This document shows positions 45,026 through 54,272 of a stretch of 64,000 nucleotides of DNA, in pieces. The first letter of the stretch is position 1, and each line of letters opens with the position of its first letter. A program made the translations under genes and the position numbers. Under the pieces are notes generated by a model. It saw nothing but the letters and a program-made list of their open reading frames with translations, was not told where the DNA came from and searched no databases. Origin of the DNA: a virus (taxonomy: Duplodnaviria; Heunggongvirae; Uroviricota; Caudoviricetes); the IMG/VR virus record IMGVR_UViG_3300032335_000499; one strand, written 5' to 3'.

Positions 45026-47041
45026 ATGGCAATCGGAAATGAAACATTTAACCACGAACTTTATAGTCTTCTCAAAGTAAGAGGCTATCAACCATCGCCT
45101 TTGAATTCTCAAAATCAACGAGTTAAAGCTTCGCAGGAAGCAGACGTAATTGAGTTTGACTTTATCAAAGATGGGGAAAATTACGGAAAAGTTTGGGTAA
45201 GCATTGATGATGCAAGCAATGTTTGTATCTATTTCGATGATGAGCAGGCTGAAAGTCCTAGTAATGCTACTCCGGGAACTGATTATGATGATACTTGGAC
45301 AGGATTACTAAAGCATATAAAGCAGTGGGCACAGCGTAGACAGCTAAGCTTTGAACTAGCAAACAAAGATAGATTAGGCGATGACATGCGCCAAAGGGAT
45401 TATTATAAGATGAAAGAAAAATTAGGCGAGGGCTATCACCCAATGGGTAAGAAAGCATCATATAACGATGCAGTTCCTAATGTAAAAATTATCCTTCAAC
45501 ACAATCGAGGTCTTGAAGAAGGCGAGCAACGCTATCGTAATGTTGCTAAGATTTTCTTAGAAAACCAAGATGGTGAACGGTTCCTAGCTCCTACTACTCG
45601 TCCAGGCATTGCTCGTGTATATGCTCGTCATATTGCTGAGGGCGGCGTACCCAATGATGAGCGTTGGAACCATATTAAATCTATTTGCGAAGAATATAAT
45701 CAGATGGCTGGATTTGTCCGTGCCACTCGTAATAAAGAATTCAACGAGTCCGCACTATCCCTAGTGCAAGAAGGTGCCAATCACTACGGTAACCTTAGAG
45801 AAACACTGAGTAAACTTGCTGGTCATCGTGGATATCACGCTTACTTTGAATCATATACCCCTGCTCTTATGGAAGATGAAGACGATACTAGTATCAACGA
45901 ACTATTTGTCCAAGAGACAATGGATCCTAGAATTGAATCGGTGATGCCAATTCTATCTAGATTGCATAAGAAGGTGTCTGAGACCGCTGTTCCAGAAGTA
46001 GACTCGTTAGCAGAATGGGCAGATAGTGTCATTAATGAAAAATTAGACATGGATGACAAGAAGCCAGCTAAGAAGCAAGAGAAAGATGCCGATTCTAAAC
46101 CAAAATTTGCCGGATCTGGTCCAGGACCCTTAGATAGAATTAAAGTTGATGCCGAAAAAAAGAGAACTGGTAAATTAGCTAAGTTTTTCGGTGTTCAAGA
46201 AGGGGATGTTATCCCGTTCAAGAAAAAGAAGCATGACGATGACGATGATAGCTGGATCCCATCAATTGAAGACTTTGAGCAGGAAGAAGCAATCCGCAAT
46301 CGCAATCGTGAGTATCAAAAACGCAAACGCACCCCTGCAAACGATGTAAATGAAATGGATAAGAGCCCAGAAGCTAACCCATATAGTGGTCAGGGGCATC
46401 GCAAGGGCGATGACCATGCAGGAAAGCCACAGCACACTGCTAAAATCATGGCTGCTAAAGATGCAGTTAAGATGGCTAGAAAGACTCTTGACAAAGCATT
46501 CAAGGGCGATGTTGAAGAAAACTTCATCGGCATGGCACCTCAAGCAGTAGCAGAAAAAGAAATGGATTCTACTACAAAGAGTTTGGCAGTTCCTGCTGAT
46601 GAAATGTTAGATGAAGCTCCCGGAGCAGAAACATTATCACATAATCAATCTACTGAAAAGTCAAATCTAAAAGCATTTGATCTTGAAGAAGTTGATATGG
46701 GTCAAGCAGACCGCACACTACGTCATACCCCACGAGGTGATGACAATGGTAAGATGAGCCACATCACATCATTAAGCAAAGCCGCGAAGAAAATGGGACA
46801 TGATAGTTACGCAGATGTCCCTGATAATGCAGTTGAAAAATTAAAAACACTTGCTAAGAAAATCAGAGGCGGCGAGGATGTATCAGAAGACCTAGACGCA
46901 AACCAAAAGCGTGTAGGACAGCTTGGACCCACTGAAAAAGTAAAGAACAACAACATTGGCAAGCTAGTCGGTGCTAACGAATCAACAGAGATTGATCCGG
47001 AACTAGCTCGTATCATCGAAATGGCACGTTTCAAACGATAA
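45026..47041 (+). CDS. Late protein, probable head core/internal protein
   Basis: CATAAATA upstream; charged, modular C-terminal half punctuated by (I/L/V)xE motifs. Confidence 0.45.
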   Translation: MAIGNETFNHELYSLLKVRGYQPSPLNSQNQRVKASQEADVIEFDFIKDGENYGKVWVSIDDASNVCIYFDDEQAESPSNATPGTDYDDTWTGLLKHIKQWAQRRQLSFELANKDRLGDDMRQRDYYKMKEKLGEGYHPMGKKASYNDAVPNVKIILQHNRGLEEGEQRYRNVAKIFLENQDGERFLAPTTRPGIARVYARHIAEGGVPNDERWNHIKSICEEYNQMAGFVRATRNKEFNESALSLVQEGANHYGNLRETLSKLAGHRGYHAYFESYTPALMEDEDDTSINELFVQETMDPRIESVMPILSRLHKKVSETAVPEVDSLAEWADSVINEKLDMDDKKPAKKQEKDADSKPKFAGSGPGPLDRIKVDAEKKRTGKLAKFFGVQEGDVIPFKKKKHDDDDDSWIPSIEDFEQEEAIRNRNREYQKRKRTPANDVNEMDKSPEANPYSGQGHRKGDDHAGKPQHTAKIMAAKDAVKMARKTLDKAFKGDVEENFIGMAPQAVAEKEMDSTTKSLAVPADEMLDEAPGAETLSHNQSTEKSNLKAFDLEEVDMGQADRTLRHTPRGDDNGKMSHITSLSKAAKKMGHDSYADVPDNAVEKLKTLAKKIRGGEDVSEDLDANQKRVGQLGPTEKVKNNNIGKLVGANESTEIDPELARIIEMARFKR

Positions 47042-47048
47042 TTAGATT

Positions 47049-47089
47049 TTGGGTGCATAACGTAATATAATAATATATTATGCACCCAA
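47049..47089. repeat. 12-bp inverted repeat (hairpin or terminator)
   Basis: TTGGGTGCATAA ... TTATGCACCCAA. Confidence 0.75.
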
Positions 47090-47208
47090 TTAACTTGTAA
47101 ATACACTGCACATGAGTTATAACATAACTTGTGTGTAGTTGTCTCCGACAACTAAACATAAAAACACATTTAGGCTCAACATAGGCACATTTAAAAGGAG
47201 AAAACAAA

Positions 47209-48216
47209 ATGGCAAGTCTAGCAGAAATCCGGGCTCGTTTGGCAGCCCAAGAAAACCGTGGTCAGAACAAGTCTTCTGGCACACAATCTGATAACGCAAT
47301 CTATCCTCATTGGAATATGGAAGAAGGTGCTACTGCAACTATTCGCTTCCTTCCCGATGGCAACCCTAACAATGAATGGGGCTTTTGGGTAGAACGTCAA
47401 ATCATCAAGCTCCCCTTCAATGGCGTTAAGGGTGACCCCAACGTTAAGCAAGTAACTGTTCAAGTTCCTTGCGTAGAAATGTATGGTGAAAACTGCCCAG
47501 TTCTCGCAGAAGTTCGTCCTTGGTACAAGGATGACACTCTTAAGGAACTCGCTAACAAGTATTGGAAGAAGCGTTCGTATCTCTTCCAGGGCTTTGTTCG
47601 TACTAATCCGATTGGCAATGATACGTCGCCAGCTAATCCGATTCGACGTTTTATTATCTCTCCACAAATCTTTACTATCATTAAAGCATCCTTGATGGAT
47701 CCTGAGATTGAAGAATTGCCAACTGACTATCAGCGTGGTCTTGACTTCACTGTTAAGAAGACTACTAAGGGTGGTTATGCTGACTATTCTACTTCTAATT
47801 GGGCACGTAAGGAAAGTTCACTTACCGAAGCTGAACAGGCTGCTATCGAAGCACATGGCTTGTTCAATCTTGCTGACTTCTTGCCAAAGAAGCCAAGCGA
47901 GTCAGAGCTTCGTGTCATTAAGGAAATGTTCGAAGCATCGGTTGATGGTCGTCCTTATGACGCTGATAAGTGGGGCGCATACTATCGTCCATATGGTGTT
48001 GATGCACCTGCTGGTAATTCAAACACCGCAACTACCGAATCGGTTCCGCCGAAAGTAGTTGATTATCAGCCATCGCATGGTGGACATGCTCAGGTACCGT
48101 CAGATGACACTCCTCCGTTCGAAGTTGACGAACCAATCAAGGTTCCAGAACAGTCTACTTCAAGTGACAAGGCACAGGACATTCTTGCAATGATCCGCGC
48201 TCGTCAAACCAAGTAA
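47209..48216 (+). CDS. Single-stranded DNA-binding protein (gp32-like)
   Basis: ATIRFLPD, VPC..MYGENCPV, YWKKRSY, GGYADYSTS, acidic tail; precedes UvsX. Confidence 0.85.
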   Translation: MASLAEIRARLAAQENRGQNKSSGTQSDNAIYPHWNMEEGATATIRFLPDGNPNNEWGFWVERQIIKLPFNGVKGDPNVKQVTVQVPCVEMYGENCPVLAEVRPWYKDDTLKELANKYWKKRSYLFQGFVRTNPIGNDTSPANPIRRFIISPQIFTIIKASLMDPEIEELPTDYQRGLDFTVKKTTKGGYADYSTSNWARKESSLTEAEQAAIEAHGLFNLADFLPKKPSESELRVIKEMFEASVDGRPYDADKWGAYYRPYGVDAPAGNSNTATTESVPPKVVDYQPSHGGHAQVPSDDTPPFEVDEPIKVPEQSTSSDKAQDILAMIRARQTK

Positions 48217-48221
48217 CTTGG

Positions 48222-48250
48222 ATTGGGGGAGGGAAACCTCCCCCAATTAC
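48222..48250 (+). terminator. Stem-loop terminator after the SSB gene
   Basis: ATTGGGGGAGG-GAAA-CCTCCCCCAAT. Confidence 0.7.
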
Positions 48251-48265
48251 TTATGGAGAACCCCA

Positions 48266-48496
48266 ATGACTACACCAGAAGACAGGTACAGGGCTCTTAA
48301 GCAAAGTAGAAAGTTGCTGGAAGAGTTATGCGATCCAGGTAAAACCCCTCGTGTTCCAAGTATTGTTCGTGACCGCGCAAGATCAATTTTGCGTCACTAT
48401 CCTAGTGACTACAACTTAGACCAACTTGCAGAAAATAGTCCCGAACTACTTGAAAAAAATTCGCAACATGATAAGTTATTAAAAATTATTAGATAA
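48266..48496 (+). CDS. BPSL0761-like small protein
   Basis: MTTPEDRYRA...TPRVPSIVRDRARSILRHYP; GGAG RBS. Confidence 0.55.
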   Translation: MTTPEDRYRALKQSRKLLEELCDPGKTPRVPSIVRDRARSILRHYPSDYNLDQLAENSPELLEKNSQHDKLLKIIR

Positions 48497-48506
48497 GGAG
48501 GCTATT

Positions 48507-49574
48507 TTGGCAAAACCGTTTGACATTTCGAAGTTTCGAAAAGATATTACTAAGGCTATCGATGGTCTTAGCATTGGCTTTAATGATCCGACAGATTGGA
48601 TCAGTACAGGCAATTATGCGCTCAATTACCGCATTAGTGGTGATTTTAATAAAGGTATTCCTCTCGGCAAGGTTACAGTCTTCGCCGGCGAGTCAGGTGC
48701 AGGTAAATCCTACATCTGTTCAGGCAATATTGTAAGACATGCCCAAGAACAGGGTATCTTCGTTGTGCTAATCGACAGCGAAAACGCACTTGACGAGGCA
48801 TGGCTTCATGCTCTCGGTGTTGATACTAGCGATGAGAAGCTACTTAAATTGAATATGGCAATGATTGATGACGTTGCTAAAACTATCAGTGAATTCATGA
48901 AGGGCTATAAAGCCATGAATGAAGAAGACAAGCCTAAAGTTCTGTTCGTCATTGACTCGCTAGGCATGTTGCTCACTCCAACTGATGTTAATCAGTTCGA
49001 AGCAGGTGATATGAAGGGTGACATGGGTCGTAAGCCTAAAGCACTGACTTCACTTGTTCGTAACTGCGTTAACATGTTTGGTTCAAACAACGTAGGTCTT
49101 GTAGCAACTAATCATACATATGCGTCACAGGATATGTTTGACCCCGATGATAAGATTTCAGGTGGTCAAGGCTTCATCTATGCATCATCGATTGTTGTTG
49201 CAATGAAGAAGCTTAAGCTCAAGGAAGACGAAGACGGCAACAAGGTGAGTCAGGTTAATGGTATTCGTGCTGCTTGTAAGGTAATGAAAACTCGTTACGC
49301 AAAGCCGTTTGAATCTGTTCAAGTCAAGATTCCTTACACAACGGGCATGAGTCCTTACTCAGGTCTTACTGATATGTGTGAAGCATTGAAGATGCTCAAC
49401 AAGGAAGGTAACTCACTCGTATATTCTAAGCTTGACGGAACTATCATTAAGAAGTTCCGTAAGGGTTGGGAAGCAAATGACGATGGTTGTCTTGACGCTA
49501 TCATGTCTGAATTTGAAGCTAAGACTTCAAACAAGAATGCCGCTCTAATCGAAGAAGAGGAAGTTGCAGAATGA
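48507..49574 (+). CDS. uvsX: RecA/UvsX recombinase
   Basis: AGESGAGKS, DSENALD, VIDSLG, SGG.GFIYASS, KTRY; TTG start with GGAGG. Confidence 0.92.
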   Translation: MAKPFDISKFRKDITKAIDGLSIGFNDPTDWISTGNYALNYRISGDFNKGIPLGKVTVFAGESGAGKSYICSGNIVRHAQEQGIFVVLIDSENALDEAWLHALGVDTSDEKLLKLNMAMIDDVAKTISEFMKGYKAMNEEDKPKVLFVIDSLGMLLTPTDVNQFEAGDMKGDMGRKPKALTSLVRNCVNMFGSNNVGLVATNHTYASQDMFDPDDKISGGQGFIYASSIVVAMKKLKLKEDEDGNKVSQVNGIRAACKVMKTRYAKPFESVQVKIPYTTGMSPYSGLTDMCEALKMLNKEGNSLVYSKLDGTIIKKFRKGWEANDDGCLDAIMSEFEAKTSNKNAALIEEEEVAE

Positions 49575-49852
49575 GCTTATCTCTTATCAATGAAGTTTGG
49601 AAGCTATTGAAGCCGAGCATCGAAGCAGGTGATACTGACGGTGCTGCTGAAACTCTAGTCAACTATCTCGTTGAGGAAGAGGTTGCTTCTGCACATGAAA
49701 TTAAGGCAGCGTTCCGCGGCGATAAAGATATCAAGGACGCTCTGGATTTTTACTTAGAAACTCCAGAAGACGGTCATTACCACGAATCAGATGATGATGA
49801 CTTCTTTGACGATATTGACGTAGACGATTTTTACGACGAAGACGAATACTAA
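49571..49852 (+). CDS. Acidic hypothetical protein
   Basis: Asp/Glu-rich tail; lies between uvsX and uvsY. Confidence 0.55.
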   Translation: MSLSLINEVWKLLKPSIEAGDTDGAAETLVNYLVEEEVASAHEIKAAFRGDKDIKDALDFYLETPEDGHYHESDDDDFFDDIDVDDFYDEDEY

Positions 49853-50310
49853 TGACTTGGTACAGCAAGGTAACATCTGACTTAAGCTATTTGCCGGACT
49901 TCATTACTCACTATGAAGGTGAATTGATTTCGGCAAAGAGCGATGTTAAGGTGCAAGGAAATGTTGAAAAGAACATTTCCTCACTACCTGGCGTAACTGA
50001 ATACCGCTTCAATCAACTTCAAGAGGTTGAAGCGGTATTACGGTACCTAGAAATTCAACTGCGTAAGATTCGTAGAAAGCATTTTCAAAAGTATCTTGAA
50101 AAGTATAATCGTAACTTATCTAGCCGTGATGCTGAAAAGTATGTTGATGGTGAGGATGAAGTTATCGATTATGAAGTATTAATTAACGAAGTAGCCTTGC
50201 TTCGTAACAAGTGGACAGGTATTATTAAGGCACTAGAGTCAAAGAACTTTATGCTTGGGCATGTAGTTCGTCTAAGAACCGCTGGTATGGAAGATATCTC
50301 AATTGGGTAA
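49852..50310 (+). CDS. uvsY: Recombination mediator UvsY-like
   Basis: Helical, DAEKYVDGE, RNKW.GIIKALESK..., in gene context with uvsX. Confidence 0.7.
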   Translation: MTWYSKVTSDLSYLPDFITHYEGELISAKSDVKVQGNVEKNISSLPGVTEYRFNQLQEVEAVLRYLEIQLRKIRRKHFQKYLEKYNRNLSSRDAEKYVDGEDEVIDYEVLINEVALLRNKWTGIIKALESKNFMLGHVVRLRTAGMEDISIG

Positions 50311-50353
50311 CTACATACTTGATTTTTAACCTATAACATAGTAGATATAGAAT

Positions 50354-51103
50354 ATGACACACGCACTTGCAACATTAGCTTCGGTCTTTGATACTGCTAT
50401 CACATGGCCCATAGCATCAAAACAAACCGAAGTAAACGAAGTAACCGAAGTACCTACAATTGAAGACCCGTTGGTTTTGAGTTGTACTTTGTTTCGCTTT
50501 GCTAATCCTAATAGTGAAGACTACAGTCCTACTATACGATTTTTAAATCTTATGAAAGATCAAAGTCAAATTCTAGAAAAAACAACCGATGTTGACCGTA
50601 AGTTGGCTGATGATATCCGTAGGCATTACCGAGGCAAGTTTGTTTTTCTTAGATTGCGCGGTGAACAGCCCACAAAGTTTAGGCAAGATTTAGAAAAGTT
50701 TGTTGCAGTTGATTGGGATCCTTCTTTTACTATCACAGAAAAGACTGTAGGTCTGATTTGTAAACTTCCCTTCTTCTATGAGCATGATATGGGACTAATC
50801 AATGATGTATTTGGTTCCGAAACACATAACATTAAAAAGCATGTATCTAGTAATGACCCTGTTACACTAACGTTTATCAAGGTATTGGACGAGAACCAAA
50901 AAGGAAAAACTTCTTTCAGTTATTGGTTCAAGGACTCACACGATAACCGATTTAGCATTCCAGTAGAAAAAAATAATTCACTTATTCCCACCTGGGAAGA
51001 GTTTATTAAGAAGCCGGTAACACTCTCAGGACACTATACTAGTCGCTCGTATGATAGCCTAGAATTTTATAAAGTGGCCAGAGGATGGAAGATTATCGGT
51101 TGA
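50354..51103 (+). CDS. Hypothetical protein
   Basis: 249-aa ORF. Confidence 0.55.
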   Translation: MTHALATLASVFDTAITWPIASKQTEVNEVTEVPTIEDPLVLSCTLFRFANPNSEDYSPTIRFLNLMKDQSQILEKTTDVDRKLADDIRRHYRGKFVFLRLRGEQPTKFRQDLEKFVAVDWDPSFTITEKTVGLICKLPFFYEHDMGLINDVFGSETHNIKKHVSSNDPVTLTFIKVLDENQKGKTSFSYWFKDSHDNRFSIPVEKNNSLIPTWEEFIKKPVTLSGHYTSRSYDSLEFYKVARGWKIIG

Positions 51104-51128
51104 CAATCATATAAAAGGATGTTATAAC
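51100..51128 (+). promoter_or_regulatory. Sigma70 promoter
   Basis: TTGACA-17-TATAAC. Confidence 0.6.
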
Positions 51129-51129
51129 T

Positions 51130-51309
51130 ATGAATGATGAAAAGTTGAAAAATCATATTGAACAGCTTAAGCGTAAGCACTACAATATCCAATTAGAAAT
51201 TAATCAGCTTATTCATACACATGGACCAGAAGACGAAATCAATCGTCTTAAGAAAGAAAAGTTAAGGATTAAAGATGAACTCAAAAATTGTGAACACAAA
51301 CTATCTTGA
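51130..51309 (+). CDS. YdcH/DUF465-like small protein (59 aa)
   Basis: LKRKH...LEI...INRLKKEKLRIKDEL; below the ORF-track cutoff. Confidence 0.6.
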   Translation: MNDEKLKNHIEQLKRKHYNIQLEINQLIHTHGPEDEINRLKKEKLRIKDELKNCEHKLS

Positions 51310-51553
51310 TACCATCCGTGAAGTAGCTGACAAGCATTATCTTAATGCTTGTAAGTTGGTTGGTACTGCTGCTACTATTGTAGGCGCACTTGCTACTGCT
51401 GGCGGGTTTGACCCGGTCAACATTATCGCATTTAACGTTGGTGCTGTATTCTGGCTTCTTGCTAGCATTCGCATGAAGGATGCTACTCTAATGTCTGTTA
51501 ACGCAGGTCTCCTTGGCATTTACGCACTCGGTGCGATTGTTAGGTTTATTTAA
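51275..51553 (+). CDS. Small membrane protein
   Basis: Three hydrophobic segments. Confidence 0.55.
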   Translation: MNSKIVNTNYLDTIREVADKHYLNACKLVGTAATIVGALATAGGFDPVNIIAFNVGAVFWLLASIRMKDATLMSVNAGLLGIYALGAIVRFI

Positions 51554-51555
51554 TT

Positions 51556-51756
51556 ATGAAAGAAATTATCGTAAACACCCTCAAGGCTAGCTTTGAAGCA
51601 AGCATTCAAAAGCATAAGTTGAACATTGACATTATGCTCAACAAGCCAATGGCTATTCATGAACACACTGATTTCATGGGCGCAGTCGAACTTGAACTTG
51701 CACAGATTGCCGAGTATGAAGATAAGCTAGAAGCACTTACGAAATATTTTTCGTAA
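51556..51756 (+). CDS. Hypothetical helical protein
   Basis: IHEHTDF...AEYEDKLEAL. Confidence 0.55.
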   Translation: MKEIIVNTLKASFEASIQKHKLNIDIMLNKPMAIHEHTDFMGAVELELAQIAEYEDKLEALTKYFS

Positions 51757-51771
51757 AAGGCATCTTTTTGG

Positions 51772-51800
51772 TTGACATTACCCTCCCGATTTGATATAAC
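51772..51800 (+). promoter_or_regulatory. Sigma70 early promoter
   Basis: TTGACA-17-TATAAC. Confidence 0.75.
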
Positions 51801-51836
51801 AGTAATTGTTGAAACGCTGTTGAAAGGCTTTTGAGT

Positions 51837-52838
51837 ATGACTACTGTTCTTGTCAAGTCGGGTGAGTATCGTAATCTCCCAGTTATCAATACCCAGTTCA
51901 CTCTCGTTGAGGGTATCAAGCACGGCGCAAAGGGCGCATATATCACTGTGAAGAATGAGGGTCAGTTTCCCCATCAGATTGATAAGGTTAAGGTCCGCAT
52001 TGAAGGTCCTGACTGCATCGAAATGGATGGTGTTGCTCCTTCTGCAACGGTTGCAGAAACAGACCAGGATGCAATGGATCGCATTGCTACTCGCTTTGAA
52101 ATCCTCGATGAAATGTCTGCTGCTTGTATCAAGGGCGACATTCGTGCGATGATCGTTTCGGGTCCTCCGGGCGTAGGTAAGTCGTTCGGTGTTGAGCAGC
52201 AGCTTGACAAGTCCTCATTGTTTGACAAGCTTTCTAACAAGCGTCAAAAGTATGAAGTTGTTAAGGGTGCAATGACTGCACTCGGTCTGTATGCCCAGCT
52301 GTATCGTTACAGCGAAAAGGGTAACATCCTCGTGTTTGATGACTGCGATAGCGTGTTCGGTGACGAACTCTCGCTGAACATTCTCAAGGCTGCTCTTGAT
52401 AGCGGTAAGCGTCGGCGCATTTGTTGGAACTCGGACTCACGCCTTCTGCGTGACGAAGGTATCCCTAACTCGTTCGACTTCAAGGGTGGTGCAATCTTCA
52501 TCACGAACCTCAAGTTCGAAAACGTCAAGTCTAAGAAGCTGCAAGATCACCTTGAGGCTCTGGAATCACGTTGTCACTTCATCGATTTGACCATCGATAC
52601 CGAGCGTGATAAGATGCTTCGTATTCGTCAAGTCAACCGTGATGCTGACGGTGGTCTGTTCAAGGACTACAACTTTCAGAACAATGAAGGTGCAGCAGTT
52701 CTCGACTTCATGCAAGAAAATCAGAAGCGTTTGCGTGAACTGTCAATCCGTACCGCACTCAAGATTGCTGACTTGGTTAAGATTTCCCCGAACAAGTGGC
52801 AGGCACTTGCTATCAGCACTGTGATGAAGCGGGGATAA
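51837..52838 (+). CDS. AAA+ ATPase of unknown function
   Basis: GPPGVGKS, LVFDDCD, FITN, ALESR. Confidence 0.8.
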   Translation: MTTVLVKSGEYRNLPVINTQFTLVEGIKHGAKGAYITVKNEGQFPHQIDKVKVRIEGPDCIEMDGVAPSATVAETDQDAMDRIATRFEILDEMSAACIKGDIRAMIVSGPPGVGKSFGVEQQLDKSSLFDKLSNKRQKYEVVKGAMTALGLYAQLYRYSEKGNILVFDDCDSVFGDELSLNILKAALDSGKRRRICWNSDSRLLRDEGIPNSFDFKGGAIFITNLKFENVKSKKLQDHLEALESRCHFIDLTIDTERDKMLRIRQVNRDADGGLFKDYNFQNNEGAAVLDFMQENQKRLRELSIRTALKIADLVKISPNKWQALAISTVMKRG

Positions 52839-52969
52839 TGAAGCTAACTCGCATCCCGCTAGATACTAACAACCGCATGCTTCGCATTGGATTTGGGAAG
52901 CATGACGGTCGTTGGTTCGCTAGAATTGATGTATGGTTTTTTGGAATAAGGGTAACTCGTAATGCGTAA
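52838..52969 (+). CDS. Small hypothetical protein (43 aa)
   Basis: TAATG coupling; MKLTRIPL...IDVWFFGIRV. Confidence 0.45.
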   Translation: MKLTRIPLDTNNRMLRIGFGKHDGRWFARIDVWFFGIRVTRNA

Positions 52970-53180
52970 TTTTTGGAATAAGGTTTGGATTGGTTTTCGG
53001 AGCGAGTTTACAGAAAAACAGAATATTCGGAACCTAATTGAGTTTATTATCACTATTGTACTGTTTACGGTGATTAACTCAATCGTGTTCGATGGTAAGG
53101 ATAGTAGCTATACTACTATGCTTGCAGGCTGCGCTCTATATCTTGCAATCAGCACTCGCCGCCGACTTGATAACAAATAA
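52962..53180 (+). CDS. Small membrane protein
   Basis: Two hydrophobic helices. Confidence 0.5.
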   Translation: MRNFWNKVWIGFRSEFTEKQNIRNLIEFIITIVLFTVINSIVFDGKDSSYTTMLAGCALYLAISTRRRLDNK

Positions 53181-53205
53181 TAATAAATGCCTTTCAACAA
53201 ACTTT

Positions 53206-53230
53206 CGGGGACTTCGGTCCCCGTTTTTAT
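53206..53230 (+). terminator. Intrinsic terminator
   Basis: CGGGGAC-TTCG-GTCCCCG-TTTTT. Confidence 0.85.
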
Positions 53231-53264
53231 TGCTTTTAGTCACAAACTATGTTAGAATGAGATT

Positions 53265-54272
53265 ATGAAAAACAAAGAACAACTGTTGTATTTCTTCTTG
53301 CAAGTAGGCAAGGTCAGCTTGAGTCAGTATGACTACAAGTTCATGGCTAATCTACAGACAATGATCCAGCGTGATTCACGGGTCACTACTGGTCAGGCTA
53401 CGCTGTTCGATAACTTAATCAGTAAGTACAAGAAGCAACTCTCTAAGTTAGGGTTGGATAAGGCTGAACTGAAAGCATTAGACTGGAACTCTACACTCGT
53501 AGAAAGCACCACTGAATATACTGGTGCTTCTGTTGTTCTCTTGAACGATGAATTGACTTTTCGTGTACCATTCAACAAGACGTTCATTTCTAAGTTTAGA
53601 GAAGTGAAAGACAATGCATTTGTTTGGGACAAAGAACGTAAGGTATATAGGACTACGTTTTCTACTAACGCACTCAAGATTACAACCCAAGTGTTACATA
53701 AGTTCTTCCCGTCAGTTAGGTACTGTGATGAACTATCAGCTATCTTGAACTCTTTGGCTGAGTTGGAAGCTGGCACTACTGTTTGGAACCCAACACTGTG
53801 TCAGGTTAATGGTCAGTTGATGGTTGCTGCATGTAATTCAAGAATCGGTGAACTCATTGAGGGAATGGAGCTTTCGTTAGACGCTACGGTTTTGTTCAAG
53901 CTTAGTCAAATGGGAATCGACATTGATCCAGCTATCATTTCTGATTATCCTAAGCTACAATTTGCTGCTAATAATGTGTATGAAGCAGAGATTGTTGACG
54001 TAGAAAATGTCATCGGATGGATGAAAAATATCGGTTGCGAAAATGTTGTGATTGGACGAGGATTAAGAACCGCATTAAATCAAGAGCAGTTAGCTAAGAC
54101 GATTGAAAAGTATGGAATGAAGCCACTAGGCCCATTGTCATATGGAAAATTACCCGATGGAGTTTCTATGATGTTGCAACATACAAGTAGTGTAAATAAT
54201 CGCAACCCATTTATGGGCACCGTAAGCAAAACTGTCGTGCTTAAAGATTCACGACCAATCGAGGTACAATGA
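53265..54272 (+). CDS. Hypothetical protein upstream of the helicase
   Basis: 335-aa ORF with TTGCTT-17-TAGAAT upstream. Confidence 0.55.
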   Translation: MKNKEQLLYFFLQVGKVSLSQYDYKFMANLQTMIQRDSRVTTGQATLFDNLISKYKKQLSKLGLDKAELKALDWNSTLVESTTEYTGASVVLLNDELTFRVPFNKTFISKFREVKDNAFVWDKERKVYRTTFSTNALKITTQVLHKFFPSVRYCDELSAILNSLAELEAGTTVWNPTLCQVNGQLMVAACNSRIGELIEGMELSLDATVLFKLSQMGIDIDPAIISDYPKLQFAANNVYEAEIVDVENVIGWMKNIGCENVVIGRGLRTALNQEQLAKTIEKYGMKPLGPLSYGKLPDGVSMMLQHTSSVNNRNPFMGTVSKTVVLKDSRPIEVQ

